Source: Macrostomum lignano (Eukaryota). Taken from it: 64,000 bases of DNA. The stretch is taken from the NCBI GenBank assembly GCA_002269645.1, contig NIVC01001491.1:124001-188000 (forward strand), written 5' to 3'. A model generated the notes under the pieces. It saw only the letters and a program-made list of their open reading frames with translations, ran no database searches and had not been told where the DNA came from. Below, piece after piece: positions 1 to 11,899 of the stretch. Position numbers and translations under genes: made by a program. How positions within the stretch are numbered: the stretch's first letter is position 1; each line of letters opens with the position of its first letter.

Positions 1-285
1 CCATCCTCTCCCCTCTCCTCTCTCCCATCCTCTCCCCTCTCCTCTCTCCTATCCTCTCCCTTCTCCTCTCTCCCATCCTCTCCCCTCTCCTCTCTCCCAT
101 CCTCTCCCCTCTCCTCTCTCCCATCCTCTCCCCTATCCTCTGTCAACTGCTCTCCCCTCTCCTCTCTCCCATCCTCTCCCCTCTCCTCTCTCCCATCCTC
201 TCCCTCTCTCACCTCTCCTCTCTCTCATCCTCTCCCTCTCTCCCCTCTCCTCTCTCCCATCCTCTCCCCTCTCCTCTCTCCCCTC
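1..285. repeat. CT-rich minisatellite (CCATCCTCTCCCCTCTCCTCTCTC-like units)
   Basis: Directly visible pyrimidine-rich tandem units. Confidence 0.95.
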
Positions 286-487
286 GTGGATTCTATTCTA
301 TATCTGGCCCAATTAAGTTTAAAAAATTTCCAAACCTCTTTTTTTAAACAACGACTTTGTTGCAGGAGTTGACTTTTAATTTTTAAACAAAACTGAAGCA
401 CTTAGTTGAATATAAAACGTATGCATTTCAAACAGAATGAGTTACTGAAAACCTATGCTATCCTTGTTGAACTCTGCTTAATAACAG

Positions 488-1558
488 ACGAAATGCCCAA
501 AGTGGACTTTGAAGAGTTCTGCACCATCATGAAAGAAAACTGGAAGACGCGCGACCAGCTGGAAGACCAGCTGAAGGCCGCTTTCGCCACCTTCGACAAG
601 GCCGAGAGCGGCATCATCGAGGCCGAGGACTTCAAGAACTGGATGATGACACTCGGCGAGGCGTTGGAAGAGGGCGAAATCAATGAACTGCTGAAAGATG
701 CTGGCACTCTCGATGGAAAAGTTCCTTACGATCGTGAGTTTGAAGTATTGTTATTTGATAATACCTTAGGTAATTTATTTGAATCTCAATAACTAACAGT
801 GGAGTACTATTGCAATGGGAAGTTACGGGGAGTCATAAGCTGATGTTGTTATTGACCATCGCAAGGATCTGTCAGGTAGATAATGACCGATGAATCATGC
901 AGAATCACGTACTCTCCCCCCTCCTCTCCCCTCTCCTCTCTCCCCTCTCCTCTCCCCTCTCCTCTCCCCTCTCCTCTCCCCTCTCCTCTCCCCCCTCCTC
1001 TCCCCTCTCCTCTCCCCTCTCCTCTCCCCTCTCCTCTCCCCTCTCCTCTCCCCTCTCCTCTCCCCCCTCCTCTCCCCTCTCCTCTCCCCTCTCCTCTCCC
1101 CTCTCCCCTCTCCTCTCCCCTCTCCTCTCCCCCCTCCTCTCCCCTCTCCTCTCCCCTCTCCTCTCCCTCTCCTCTCCCCTCTCCTCTCCCCTCTCCTCTC
1201 CCCCCTCCTCTCCCCTCTCCTCTCCCCTCTCCTCTCCCCTCTCCCTCTCCTCTCCCCTCTCCTCTCCCCTCTCCTCTCCCCTCTCCTCTCCCCTCTCCTC
1301 TCCCCTCTCCTCTCCCCCTCTTCTCCCCTCTCCTCTCCCCTCTCCTCTCCCCTCTCCCTCTCCTCTCCCCTCTCCTCTCCCCTCTCCTCTCTCCCCTCTT
1401 CCCTCTCTTATTTATGAAGAGTTATTTTTCAAATCTCTTCAGAATTCGTTCCGCACCTGCTCGACGCGTACGGTCGTCCGGCCTCTAAAAAGCCGAAGGG
1501 CTCCGCCAAAAAAGGTGGCAAAAAGTCAGCTGCAAGTTCCGGCAAAGGAAAAAAGTAG
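488..1558 (+). CDS. 3' part of a calmodulin-like EF-hand protein with Lys-rich tail (exons 488-733 and 1443-1558)
   Basis: ORF contains [11 protein letters not shown]...[45 protein letters not shown]. Acceptor taacag|488, donor 733|gtgagt, acceptor ttcag|1443. The phase-1 join gives [34 protein letters not shown]...KGKK*, completing the fourth EF-hand. 5' exons not identified. Confidence 0.8.
910..1410. repeat. Intronic (CTCCTCTCCCCT)n pyrimidine microsatellite
   Basis: ~500 bp of near-pure C/T 12-mer units inside the EF-hand intron. Confidence 0.95.
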
Positions 1559-1849
1559 TTGTTGCACTGGAGAAAGAACCTTTATGTCAATGCATAAGAG
1601 CATTGATATGTCTAAGAACTTTCCCACTTGATGTTTTGTAATTTCAACAAACAATATCCTTGCTAATATTTGCGTACTGCATTCAAATAAACACTGCTGA
1701 TCAAAAAGTAATATTTTTATAAACGTATTTTTGGTCGCCAACGACGAGTACACTACGATATCGAAGCCTCAGTTTTTTTAATGCACCAGAAGATTTTGTT
1801 TGACTCAGCGAGTTTCTCAGTCTCGTAGATTTTATGTAGTCACCAAGTT

Positions 1850-2235
1850 TCCACGGGTTTCAGTGGGTTTCATTGCCGTGGGTTTCAGTGGGTTTTAGTG
1901 TGTTTCATTAAGTTTTCGTGGGATTCCTTGGGTTTCAGTGGGTTTCAGTGAGTTTCAGTGAGCTTCACTAGATTTCAGTGAGTCTTCAGTGAGTTTGAGT
2001 GAGTTTGAGTGAGTTTCAGTGAGTTTCAGTGAGTTTTACTGAGTTTCAGTGAGTTTCAGAGGGCATCAGTGAGTTTCAGAGGGCATCAGTGAGTTTCAGA
2101 GGGCATCAGTGAGTTTCAGAGGGCATCAGTGAGTTTCAGAGGGCATCAGTGAGTTTCAGAGGGCATCAGTGAGTTTCAGAGGGCATCATGCAGTGAGTTT
2201 CAGAGGGCATCAGTGAGTTTCAGAGGACATCCCTG
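1850..2235. repeat. TCAGTGAGTT 10-mer array grading into a 20-mer (TCAGTGAGTTTCAGAGGGCA)n array
   Basis: Degenerate 10-mers at 1850-2045; about 8-9 near-perfect 20-mers at 2046-2225. Confidence 0.9.
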
Positions 2236-2865
2236 GATTTTACTGACTGGGACTCCACTGCCTGTGATGGCATTCCACTGACTGGGATTCTACTGAGTTG
2301 TCCCCGAGCAGCGGTGTGTCACCTTGTTTTTGCATGCAGTCAGAGAGAGCACCGAATCAAGATAGACAGCAGTGTTTTTTACAACAGTTGTGTCAGTTGC
2401 CTTTCCTATTGCGTATTGGCGGTGAAGCAAGTCATGCATGTGTGCTGATATCACATAGTCAATTTTTTATCCTGTGCAAACATAAACTCATGCACCCTGT
2501 TTGCAATGCGAGAATGCTGCATCGCATACACAAGCCGAGTGAGTGCTTTCCTGATCATGTTTGTCCAGCAGGCACTCATTTTTATGGTCTGATCCGCGCA
2601 AGAGGATCACGCCAGTCAATGCCAGTGTAGGTGGATGGTGGAATGATTAGACGTACTACTGTTAAAGAACATTTGTCTGGAATGGATCACGCCATATTCT
2701 CTCTCACAATTCTTGCAAAACTCTATAGCTTACAACATTAGCTGCTATGATATAATTTCGAGTGAAGATATATATAATTACTCATTCGTTTGATGAAACT
2801 GAAACCAAGCTACATATGAGCATAATTCTCTTAAAATTGGTCTATTTTTCAAGACGAAAAAAGTT

Positions 2866-3142
2866 GATTGTAGCCGAGTGGTAAGAGCGTTAGACTCATG
2901 ACTTGAAGGTTGGGGGTTCTATTACCGATCCCTCTGGAAAAATTTGTGTCCTTTAGCAAGACACTTAACTCTGCATTGCTTCAGTTCACCCAGCTGTAAA
3001 ATGGGTGCCAGCATTAGCTGAGGTAATTGAGGGTGTGTGTGACAATCCCCCAGTCCTTGGACTAAACAACAATAGCTGCGGCTGAGCTGTCGGTTGAACA
3101 TCTGGCCCAACTGGGGCAGGTGTAATCAATTATTAATTATTA
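2866..3142 (+). mobile_element. tRNA-derived SINE family A, copy 1
   Basis: A-box TAGCCGAGTGG, degenerate B-box GGTTCTATTACC, conserved core CAAGACACTTAACTCTGCATTGCTTCAGTTCACCCAGCTGTAAAATGGGTGCC (CORE/Nin-like) and AAT-rich tail. Three more copies occur in the window. Confidence 0.85.
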
Positions 3143-3421
3143 AAATTTGTAGATTTGGTGTAACAAGTTTAGAGTTGTGACAAAAATTCTGTGATTGAAA
3201 GCGTTCGATAGACAGTTTTTTACATTTGTAGTTCAAGCCGAACTTTTAATTAGCCGTAAATACTTGTTACTTAAAAGGCCTGCCTGGTCGCGCCCTCATT
3301 GGTCCTTATAACCAATCACGTGTGGGGAAGAAGATCACGTTTGCCCAAGATGGAGGAGAAGTCGGGCCAGTGAGTCAACAATGATAGAGTCGTCTGACCA
3401 AAAATGATAAATTATTTATTA

Positions 3422-3427
3422 TATAAA
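3422..3427 (+). promoter_or_regulatory. Putative TATA box of GPCR 1 (CCAAT near 3312)
   Basis: TATAAA ~60 bp before the ATG. Similar TATAAA motifs lie before GPCR 2 (5922) and GPCR 4 (14643). Confidence 0.35.
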
Positions 3428-3483
3428 GGTAGTATCGATGCTTCTTTTAATTCGCTGCAACTTACGACTCAACTACGACCCGT

Positions 3484-4458
3484 ATGGCTATTGAGGATTA
3501 CTTCCGTTTCGCACTCATTAGCATCTTGGGCCTGTCGATGGTGCTCAACTGCGTGTTCATCGCCTTCACTGTGCAACGAAAGATCGGCACCCGACTTTGC
3601 AACATTCTACTTCGGTCTCAAGCTTTTATCGACCTACTTCTCATGTGCGCAAACATTTGCGTCATACAGCTGCGGAGCTATCTGCCAGAGTTGAGCCAGT
3701 CCTTGCCAGATTTTGTTTGGCATGTCTATTGCAAGCTGTATATCAGTGATGTTCTATACTGGAGCCTCGTCTGCATGAGCGTTTACAATCTCCTCTGCAT
3801 CTCCATAGAGCGCTGCATCTGCATCTGTTGCCCGTTCTGGTACCGAGTGAACAAGCGCAAGCTGCTAGTCATTCTGACTCTTATCATCGCCGCTGCACCA
3901 CTTCTTGTTGAAGGGCCTTTCTGTTTGATTGCACGAAATGTCGTCTTAAGTCAAGTAGATAATGACACATTTGAAAAAAAGTGCTTGTACACTTTCTACG
4001 ACCAGCCAGCAGAAAAACTTGTTGGCATCGCATATGTGACGCTATTCTATGTCTTGCCATTCTTTATAATCGTTGCGCTGTACTTGTGCATCCTTTGTCG
4101 CTTTCGACGATCAGCAAATCTGCGGGAGACGTCGGCTGGAGGTGGCGGGAGGGGCATCAGCGCTGCGGCAAAAAAGTTGACTCTGACTATTGGCGTCACT
4201 GCGACAGCTTTTATACTGCTATTTTCCTTGGATAGTGTCACCTTCTTTCTGTATAACGTTGGAACTGGAATCTATCTGGGACCATTCTTTGGCCAGCTGG
4301 ATTCATTTTTGGTGAGCATGAATAGCGCGGTAAATCCACTAATCTACCTGATCTTCTTGCCGGAATTTCGGCGCTTTCTGACGCGTCGGGATTGTCGAAG
4401 CTCAACAGCTCGGAGAAACGGAGGGAGCGCTCCGGTGATTCCGGAATGTCTAACCTAG
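3484..4458 (+). CDS. Orphan rhodopsin-like (class A) 7TM GPCR, paralogue 1
   Basis: 324 aa intronless ORF with seven hydrophobic segments, TM1 Asn, TM2 Asp (IDLL), TM3 Cys (YCKL), ERC in place of DRY, and NSAVNPLIY (NPxxY). Confidence 0.92.
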   Translation: MAIEDYFRFALISILGLSMVLNCVFIAFTVQRKIGTRLCNILLRSQAFIDLLLMCANICVIQLRSYLPELSQSLPDFVWHVYCKLYISDVLYWSLVCMSVYNLLCISIERCICICCPFWYRVNKRKLLVILTLIIAAAPLLVEGPFCLIARNVVLSQVDNDTFEKKCLYTFYDQPAEKLVGIAYVTLFYVLPFFIIVALYLCILCRFRRSANLRETSAGGGGRGISAAAKKLTLTIGVTATAFILLFSLDSVTFFLYNVGTGIYLGPFFGQLDSFLVSMNSAVNPLIYLIFLPEFRRFLTRRDCRSSTARRNGGSAPVIPECLT

Positions 4459-5094
4459 GCTTTGATTTACCGACTGGAAGTGAACTATGCAAAAAGATTA
4501 TTGTCTTAGAGATTTTTTGGCAAGTTTTAAGTTGAACACGAAACTACGGCTTTCTGCGACAAACAAAGTTTATAAAGTGTCTTAGTAAATATTTTGACTA
4601 AGAAAATTTTGTTAGCGGAGCTTGTTTTTAAATTTATCAAGCGTTTAGAAAGTAAAAGTAAGTTCTTATTCTCTTTCAGCTTCTTTTCTCGTTAGATCTT
4701 TCTGGTTAGACATTCAATTATTATAATATTACTGTACCTGCTATACTGAATATCACGTGTTTGTTGAGTGATAATTACGAAGTAAATCATTTTTACTTGT
4801 AAGTGATAATTACTTCTGCCTGATGTCTACACGTTGTCAGTTTGTTTTACCATATTCGTTCGTAAATGAAGGAGATAACCGGCATGCTTTCAATGCCGAT
4901 GCATTTCGTCCACAATGGACATCGTCAGGGCTTACTAAATTTATTAAAGGAAGTGAAAGTTTTTTCTCTTATATATTGACTTGAACAATTGTAATATTTG
5001 ACATAGGAGTAAAAACTAAGTACAAAACTGGGTACACAAGTTTGGGTGAAAGGCTTTTACATATCAAAACAGTCCAGTCCGGTTATTGTGCGAA

Positions 5095-5640
5095 CTAAAA
5101 AAGTTAAAGTTGACGGCTAGCACCTCCCATGGCAAGCTGATTGTTCAGAGTAGGTTGTTGGGCCTTAATGTGCATAGCCTCTAATAAGCTAAGTTTGTTA
5201 TCGTTCTTACAAAATTCTATAGTCTTAATCATTTCGTGTGGTTCAGTGTCACAGCAGCTCTTGCAGGTGAGCAAATTTTCATCAGTGGCAGATTTTTTAG
5301 CCAGTGTTCTCTAACCCTCGTGTACATGTGTCGTTTGGTCATAGGAAATGCTCTTGTCATCAGAGCAATTAAATTTGTAAACAAAACCTGCAGCGAGAGG
5401 TCGGGGCACACTGGATTTCAGATTGTTCTGTTTGAGCTAAGTGATTTATACGAGCCATAAAGGTAAAGTTCCCAAATTTTAGCTAAAGAAGGGTTTTTTT
5501 TCAGTACAGTTGGAAGAAAAATAGTCAATTCAGAAGTCAAAAAGTCTGCAGTAAGCGTAGTTTTTTAGCTGGATAAAGCTCGTTTAACGTTTCTGAAAGC
5601 AAAGGATTTATTGTAGAGAAAGTTTCAGTTGGATCAGATT
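5095..5640 (-). mobile_element. Penelope-like retroelement 3' remnant (GIY-YIG endonuclease)
   Basis: Frameshifted minus-strand translation: LKSSVPRPLAAGFVYKFNC...(M)TKRHMYTRVREH...KLSLLEAMHIKAQQPTLNNQL, the characteristic PLE GIY-YIG C-terminus. Confidence 0.75.
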
Positions 5641-5975
5641 AAAGGACGGCACTTTTGAGTTTATTTACAAAGAAGTCTTTGTTAGGCCCCTGATTTTCGG
5701 ACCAATCAAAGCAGTTTGGAAATGTTTTAGATCAAATTCCCAAACAGAAACCTATCAAGACACGCTAATTGGCCTCATTTTAGTTTTGAGATGAAGAACT
5801 AAAAAACATTGCCCACAACTATGAGCTCGTTATTGAAAGAATTCACAGATCTAAAGGTCTGCCACGCCCAAAAATCGATCGATTCATTAATTGCACAGCA
5901 AACAAAGAACCGGAAATAGGGTATAAAAATCTCAAGTATCGTCAAAAATTTTCCCCAGCACTGAAACACTCGAAG

Positions 5976-6977
5976 ATGTCACTCGCAGACGACTTTCGCA
6001 TCGCCCTCATTGCCATCCTGGCCATGTCTATTGCATTCAACGCATTATTTGTCGTCTTTACCGTGCGCCGGAAGATCGGGAGTCGACTCTGTACCATCCT
6101 GCTGCGCTCTCAAGCGGTCATTGATCTGCTTCTCATGAGCGCCAACATTCTGGTCATTCAGTTTCGTACATACGTACCTGCGCCTAGCCAGTCAGCGTCT
6201 GATGTTGCCTGGCTGATCTACTGCAAACTTTACCCTAGTCAAGTGATTTACTGGAGCCTGGTCTGCATGAGCGTCTACAACATTCTCTGCGTTTCAATTG
6301 AGCGTTGTATTTGTCTTTGCTGCCCATTCTGGTACAGACTGAACAAGCGGAGGCTGCTAACCATTCTCGCCATTGTCATTGCAGTTTCCCCATTCCTGGT
6401 AGAAGCCCCGTACTGTCTAGTTACGAGAAACGTGGTCTACACTGACAATGGAAATGGAACAGTATTGAAGAGTTGTATTTACAACTTTATCAATGCGCAA
6501 GGAGAAAAAATAGTTAGTATATTGTACGTGACGCTGTTCTGGATTGTTCCATTCTGCGCTATCGTGGTCCTGTATTTATGCATCATCCACCGAATTCGTC
6601 AGTCATCTAGCATGAGAGTGATTTCAGCTGGTGGTAGTAGCGGCAACGTGAGTACGGCGGCCAAGAAGCTGACCTTGACAACTGGGGTCACGGCAGCGGC
6701 TTTTGTGCTGCTATTCGCTATGGACAGCGTCACATTTCTGCTGAGCAACATCGAAATTCGAATCGTATTATCCCCCTTCTTTGACCAGCTCGACTCGTTT
6801 CTGGTTAGCATGAATAGCGCAGTGAATCCGCTGATCTACCTGATCTTCATGCCGGGGTTTCGAAACTTTCTTCTATGCTCAAGTCGCTCAACAAAGGCAT
6901 CCGAGACTGACAAAACCCGAAACAAGCCGGTGGTTGCAAACTCCGCCACAGAGATGACGCAGATCTCTCCTGGTTGA
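5976..6977 (+). CDS. Orphan class A 7TM GPCR, paralogue 2
   Basis: 333 aa ORF colinear with paralogue 1; ERC, CCPFWY and NPLIY motifs present. Confidence 0.92.
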   Translation: MSLADDFRIALIAILAMSIAFNALFVVFTVRRKIGSRLCTILLRSQAVIDLLLMSANILVIQFRTYVPAPSQSASDVAWLIYCKLYPSQVIYWSLVCMSVYNILCVSIERCICLCCPFWYRLNKRRLLTILAIVIAVSPFLVEAPYCLVTRNVVYTDNGNGTVLKSCIYNFINAQGEKIVSILYVTLFWIVPFCAIVVLYLCIIHRIRQSSSMRVISAGGSSGNVSTAAKKLTLTTGVTAAAFVLLFAMDSVTFLLSNIEIRIVLSPFFDQLDSFLVSMNSAVNPLIYLIFMPGFRNFLLCSSRSTKASETDKTRNKPVVANSATEMTQISPG

Positions 6978-7139
6978 TCTAGCTAAGCTGCGTATAACAA
7001 TTTCTGAACCGAAAGTAGCAACCAAAAGTAGCACGGATTTTTTATAGTACATAAGTCTTCTTCTATGTACTCGTAGGTTTAGCTGACTAACTATCTGAAT
7101 ACATATTTTTGACTACATTAAACTTGTGTGTAGCTAGTA

Positions 7140-8082
7140 TAGTATTTGTCATGCTATCTCAGCCTAGAGACATCCAAACTCAGCCAGCCCATCTCGACAG
7201 TGCGATTTTTTACGTAAGCCAGTCAAGTTTCACCATAGACACGCTTCTTAAGGCCATGCCATCTCGGCCTGGGACATGCAATCTCAGCCACTTTTCAGAT
7301 GCTGTGTCAAGCTGTCTGTGGCTTAGTCTGTGATCGAAGCAAATGAAACAGAATGAGAGCAACAAGCGACGAAGACAGAAGACGACTGATTGCTGCGTGG
7401 ACGGAAGGTCAGGACCTACGTGTGGCCGCCAAAGTTCTTCGCATGAATCTGAAGACAGCTCGGCATATCGTCAGGATTTATGAAGCAACGGGCCGGGTGG
7501 ATGCCCTCCCGCGAGGGCATCACCTTTTCTAAACCCCTGCGAAATGGCCCACAGCGCAGTGAAGGCCTCGATCAAGCTGCAGCTAGCTGACCCTGCACTG
7601 GTGGAGGAGGAGGCTGGTGGCCGACCCGATGGGGTCACCTGCGAAGCTTGGCGCCTCATTCTCTTGGAGCGAGTGGGCCGAGTCGCGTTAGATGCTGTGA
7701 CGCCGCTAAAGGTGGCCAGATGGGAGATTCACTGCAATCGGAACTTCCCGCAGTGTATCGCAGAGCAGCCTTTCAACTAGGCTGAGCACTGAGCGTCTTA
7801 CTGACTTTGTCCGTTGTTGCGTACCCTTACTGACTTTTCTTGCTGCGTTCATTCATTGCTGTTTGTTGCCATTTCATGTCACGTTACAGAAATGATAGCA
7901 TTGAGATCTGTTTGCAATTGAAATCTATATTGGCTGAGATTGCATGTCCCAGGCTGAGATAGCATGGCCTTAAGAAGCATGTCTATGGTAAAAGTCGACT
8001 AGCTCGAGCCAAAAAAACGCATTGCGGAATGGGACTGGCTGAGTTTGGATGTCTCTAGGCTGAGATAGCATGACAAATACTA
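7140..8082 (+). mobile_element. Internally deleted Tc1/mariner (IS630-like) DNA transposon
   Basis: ~170 bp terminal inverted repeats (TAGTATTTGTCATGCTATCTCAGCC...) flanked by TA. Internal 7353-7530 encodes the HTH N-terminus MRATSDEDRRRLIAAWTEGQDLRVAAKVLRMNLKTARHIVRIYEATGRVDALPRG; no DDE domain. Confidence 0.85.
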
Positions 8083-8895
8083 TATATACTAAATAAAAGA
8101 TCTCGAACTGGTTTCGAAGGTAACTGACAAAACACTCGTGTAGACGTAGTATTTTACTGACTTTGAGACTCTTTTAGAAGTGATTTTGTAAACTTTAAAA
8201 ATTAGTTTGAATTGAGAATCTGTATGCATAACATCAGTGCGATAAATTATGGGAAACCTTTGAGGCAAAACCAACGATACTACTGGTGAATAGAAACAGC
8301 ATGCAGCAATAAAGTCAACATTTTTGGATATTGTAAAAATGGTATCTAGCAAGAACGTAGATTATTGATTTGCCAACTAAGATATTCTCACCCTCGCCGA
8401 ATCTTCGAGAAAATTTCCTGTCTATAGAACTGAGTGAGGCCGTGTCTTGACAGCACATTCTCTCAATCCGACAAGACATCAGGAGTAGCATTGTGAAGTA
8501 CAAGTGGAAACATAGCTAGAGTGGATTGTTTGTCACTCAGCCGATATGATATACAAAACTGCAATTCTTCAGGGTAGCCAGTACTACAAAACTCTATCAA
8601 ATATTGAACCTATTCCTCTCATAAGTACAAGCCATAGGTGGATCAGTGGATGATGGATAAGCAAATAGGATCGATTAGAAACAGAAAAGGGTAACTCAGC
8701 AAACATAAAAAATTGCTTCCTTTTGACTAAAGTGGAATATGGAAACGCAAATAAGTATCGCTGTATCCTATAAGTATCCGTTATTAAAGTACCTTGCGAT
8801 CTCACTCTCCCCACAACAGATACATATATATACGAAAATGTACAATTGTATTCATGTACTACCATGAAAACCTAGGAAACAGAAAAAAGTGTACA

Positions 8896-9837
8896 ATGTC
8901 AATTGAAAACGGATTTCGCATTGCATTAGTCACTCTATTGTGCGTTTCGTTTCTCCTCAACACCGTATTCGTTGGCTTCACAGTGCGACGCAAGATCGGC
9001 ACCCGTCTCTGCACCGCCCTGCTGCGCAGTCAATCAGTCATCGACCTGCTGCTCATGGCGGCAAACTTACTGATCATGCAGTTCAACAGTTACTTGCCGG
9101 AGCTCAGCCAATCGATTGCAGATGTTTGGTGGCAGATCTACTGCAAATTGTTTGCTAGCAGAGTTATTTATTGGAGCCTGGTCAGCATGAGCGTCTACAA
9201 TCTTCTCGGCATCGCCGTTAAGCGCTGCGTTTGCCTCTGCTGTCCATTTTTGTACCGCGTGAACAAACGCAAGCTGCTAATAGGGATTTCAGTCACCATC
9301 GCAGTTTCGCCGCTTCTTGTTGAGGCACCTTACTGTCTGCTTTCAACAATGCTTAGTTATCAGGAAGTGAACAATGGAACCAGCCACAAAAGCTGCATCT
9401 ATGAACTCGATCGTCAGGCGGAACTAGGCTTCAGTGTTGCCTACGTGACATTGTTCTGGATTCTACCGTTCTGCGCAATCCTGCTGCTCTACCTGTGCAT
9501 CATTATTCGAATTCGACGTTCAGTCAGCATGAGAGAGGACTCGGACGCTGGCTGCAGAGTTGGCAGAGCCGCTAGAAAACTTACCTTGACGACGGGCGTC
9601 ACCGCCATTGCTTTCGTTTTCCTGTTTGCAATGGACAGCGTCACCTTTCTGCTTTATACTCTTGGCACCGGCTTTGTTTTATCGAAGTTTCTGGCCGAAC
9701 TGGACTCGTTCCTGGTGAGCATGAACAGCGCGGTTAATCCGCTTATCTACCTGATCTTCCTGCCCGAGTTTCGTCACTTAATGCTCTGCTTTCGAAGTTC
9801 AGGAAGTGCAGAAGGTTCAGGTATCCCACGCACCTAA
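8896..9837 (+). CDS. Orphan class A 7TM GPCR, paralogue 3
   Basis: Start reassigned to MSIENGF (8896) by alignment with paralogues. 313 aa; KRC replaces ERC; NPLIY intact. Confidence 0.9.
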   Translation: MSIENGFRIALVTLLCVSFLLNTVFVGFTVRRKIGTRLCTALLRSQSVIDLLLMAANLLIMQFNSYLPELSQSIADVWWQIYCKLFASRVIYWSLVSMSVYNLLGIAVKRCVCLCCPFLYRVNKRKLLIGISVTIAVSPLLVEAPYCLLSTMLSYQEVNNGTSHKSCIYELDRQAELGFSVAYVTLFWILPFCAILLLYLCIIIRIRRSVSMREDSDAGCRVGRAARKLTLTTGVTAIAFVFLFAMDSVTFLLYTLGTGFVLSKFLAELDSFLVSMNSAVNPLIYLIFLPEFRHLMLCFRSSGSAEGSGIPRT

Positions 9838-11899
9838 TTGGAATGCTGAATATGCTTTTTAGTTGCAATCCGATTTTTGTTCGTTGCTTTTTATTTACGC
9901 CTTAAATCGCCTTACACTAAGCGACTGGAACTTTAACTGGAACTCTATTTTCCTTGAGTCTGTGCTGAGCTAGAAACACACCAGATTTATTGATAAAGCC
10001 GTGATATATAACTCTGGTAATGATGATACAACAGTCTTTTATGTATTCAATTATCCCCTTTCACTGTCATGTTAATTTTATTGTACTGCTTCAATTATTC
10101 TTCGCTTGCTATATTCTATTCAAAGAAAACTATTTGGAAATTTCGGAGTTTCGGAGTTTGGTGAATTTTTTTGCAAAAATGATAAAGTCATCAAGTTTAG
10201 CATCGATAAAACAGAATTTCGAGCGCTAAGAGCAAAGATTGGTAAATATAATCAGCAACATTAAAAAGTCGCCACTCTATGTGCCACTACGCCAGTGAGC
10301 GATTTCTCTTGGACTATTCTGAAATAAAGGATGCAATGAAAACTGATCGGGGTAGCTTTAATCCGTCCAACCCTCGCAACCACATCATTCCTCAACTCAA
10401 GTCTGCCAACTCTGCAAACTCTCAACTCGATGCTGCTGAGTATATTTTTCTGTCATCAAAGTGATCTTTGAACTTTTAATCATTGAAACCTTCAGTTAAT
10501 AAATGAAGCAACACTTAAATAAATCTTTATTTATCATTAAATATATGATTAAACTCAAACCCAAATTGCTTATAGCTCGTAGGTCACTGGTGATAGCTCA
10601 GACTAGATAGAAAGTACTCGATAAAAGCTATGCTAGCTGGTACTACGAAACTTAACAAAATATAGGTTAGGAAACTATGAAAATTGAGCCAAAGGCACTA
10701 TAGAGTATCACTTATTAACAAAATGCTACTATAAGTAGAGTAACGTAAACACTCGCAGTAAAATTGAAACTTTGAATTATGTTAAGCATTATAACGAAAA
10801 AATGAATCATTGTACCATTTATAACACAAAAATAAACCATGATCCTTCTGTGATGTATGTGTTACGCGTATTTGATTATCGAGAGCAGCGTTGTTATCGG
10901 CCGTTATTGATCTATTAATTTCTGTTGAATTATTGAATTAAAGGCCTCCATATTCCTAAGGGATTGGATTGAATTATCCTAATCTAAATTTGCTCTCATA
11001 TACTACCGCCGTCAGAATTGAAGAGAAAAACAACCAAGCGCGGAAGAACCTACACTACAAGAAGAAGAGCCCGCAACAATACGTTTTTAGTAAAGCTATA
11101 GTTTCCAGACTTCAGTCAGAAGTGAAAATTCGTCCGTTTAGGCACTATACATAATCCTCTCTCGCTAACGTGAACTCTTCAGAATACGAGCTATTTCTAT
11201 ATTAATTGGTAACAGAAATTTTTCAGAAAACCATGCTTATTACCCTAGTACGCTCGTATGCGAATTGACACACATCGGCTAGACTAGGTGAAGCTCATTC
11301 TAATCACAGATTAACCCTTTCAGCTTTGGAAACGAAAATCTTTATTTGCCGAAGCGCAGACTAAATCGAGAGGCCGTTTATCAACAATTGTCTCGTACAA
11401 AAATGGGGGCTACATCGGATTGTTTGCCCATTAGCTTACACGTATTTTATAGGTTTTTTTAGCTGATCTGACTAGCAGAGCTTTGAATTATTCGAGTCAC
11501 CAAGCTAATTGGAATTATCCGGAAAGTTGTACAAATAAAGCTTGGCTGACTGCAGTTCAGGATGCGCTCGCTTCTGCATAGGCCGCCTATAATGCCGCCA
11601 AAGTAAATACGTCAAAATTATCATTTTCACGCGTTGTATAAAAACGTTTATTGAAAAGCCTCTACAGCCTTTTACGACTATTAAAACATTAAACCTTCAC
11701 AATTGATTTAGCGTGGATAAATTTTTTTTTATTACTAAGGCATATAAATACCTTTAAAATCTACAGGTATTCGACTAAAACTTTTTGTTCGGACGAGTTC
11801 CAGAATGAGCATTTTTTTCAAATCTCATAAGTCAGTATAGCTTAAAGGTAGGTATTGAAATAATAAAAGCAACCAAACACTCTGTCAGTTATTTCCCCA

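Noticed and set aside
883-1631. Pro/Ser/Leu-rich ORFs of 175-244 aa
   Set aside because: Translations of an intronic CT microsatellite; stop-free only because of base composition.
2298-2630. 110 aa Cys/His-rich ORF and a faint PLA2-like pattern on the opposite strand
   Set aside because: No coherent motif spacing, stops interrupt the minus frames, and there is no splice support.
3981-4492. Overlapping and antisense ORFs within GPCR, secreted-protein and TRIM-like genes
   Set aside because: Shadow frames of GC-rich coding sequence; they recur in paralogues only because the sense genes are homologous.
8794-8895. 34-aa N-terminal extension of GPCR 3 in the ORF track
   Set aside because: It begins at a TTG, and all paralogues start at the position of Met 8896.
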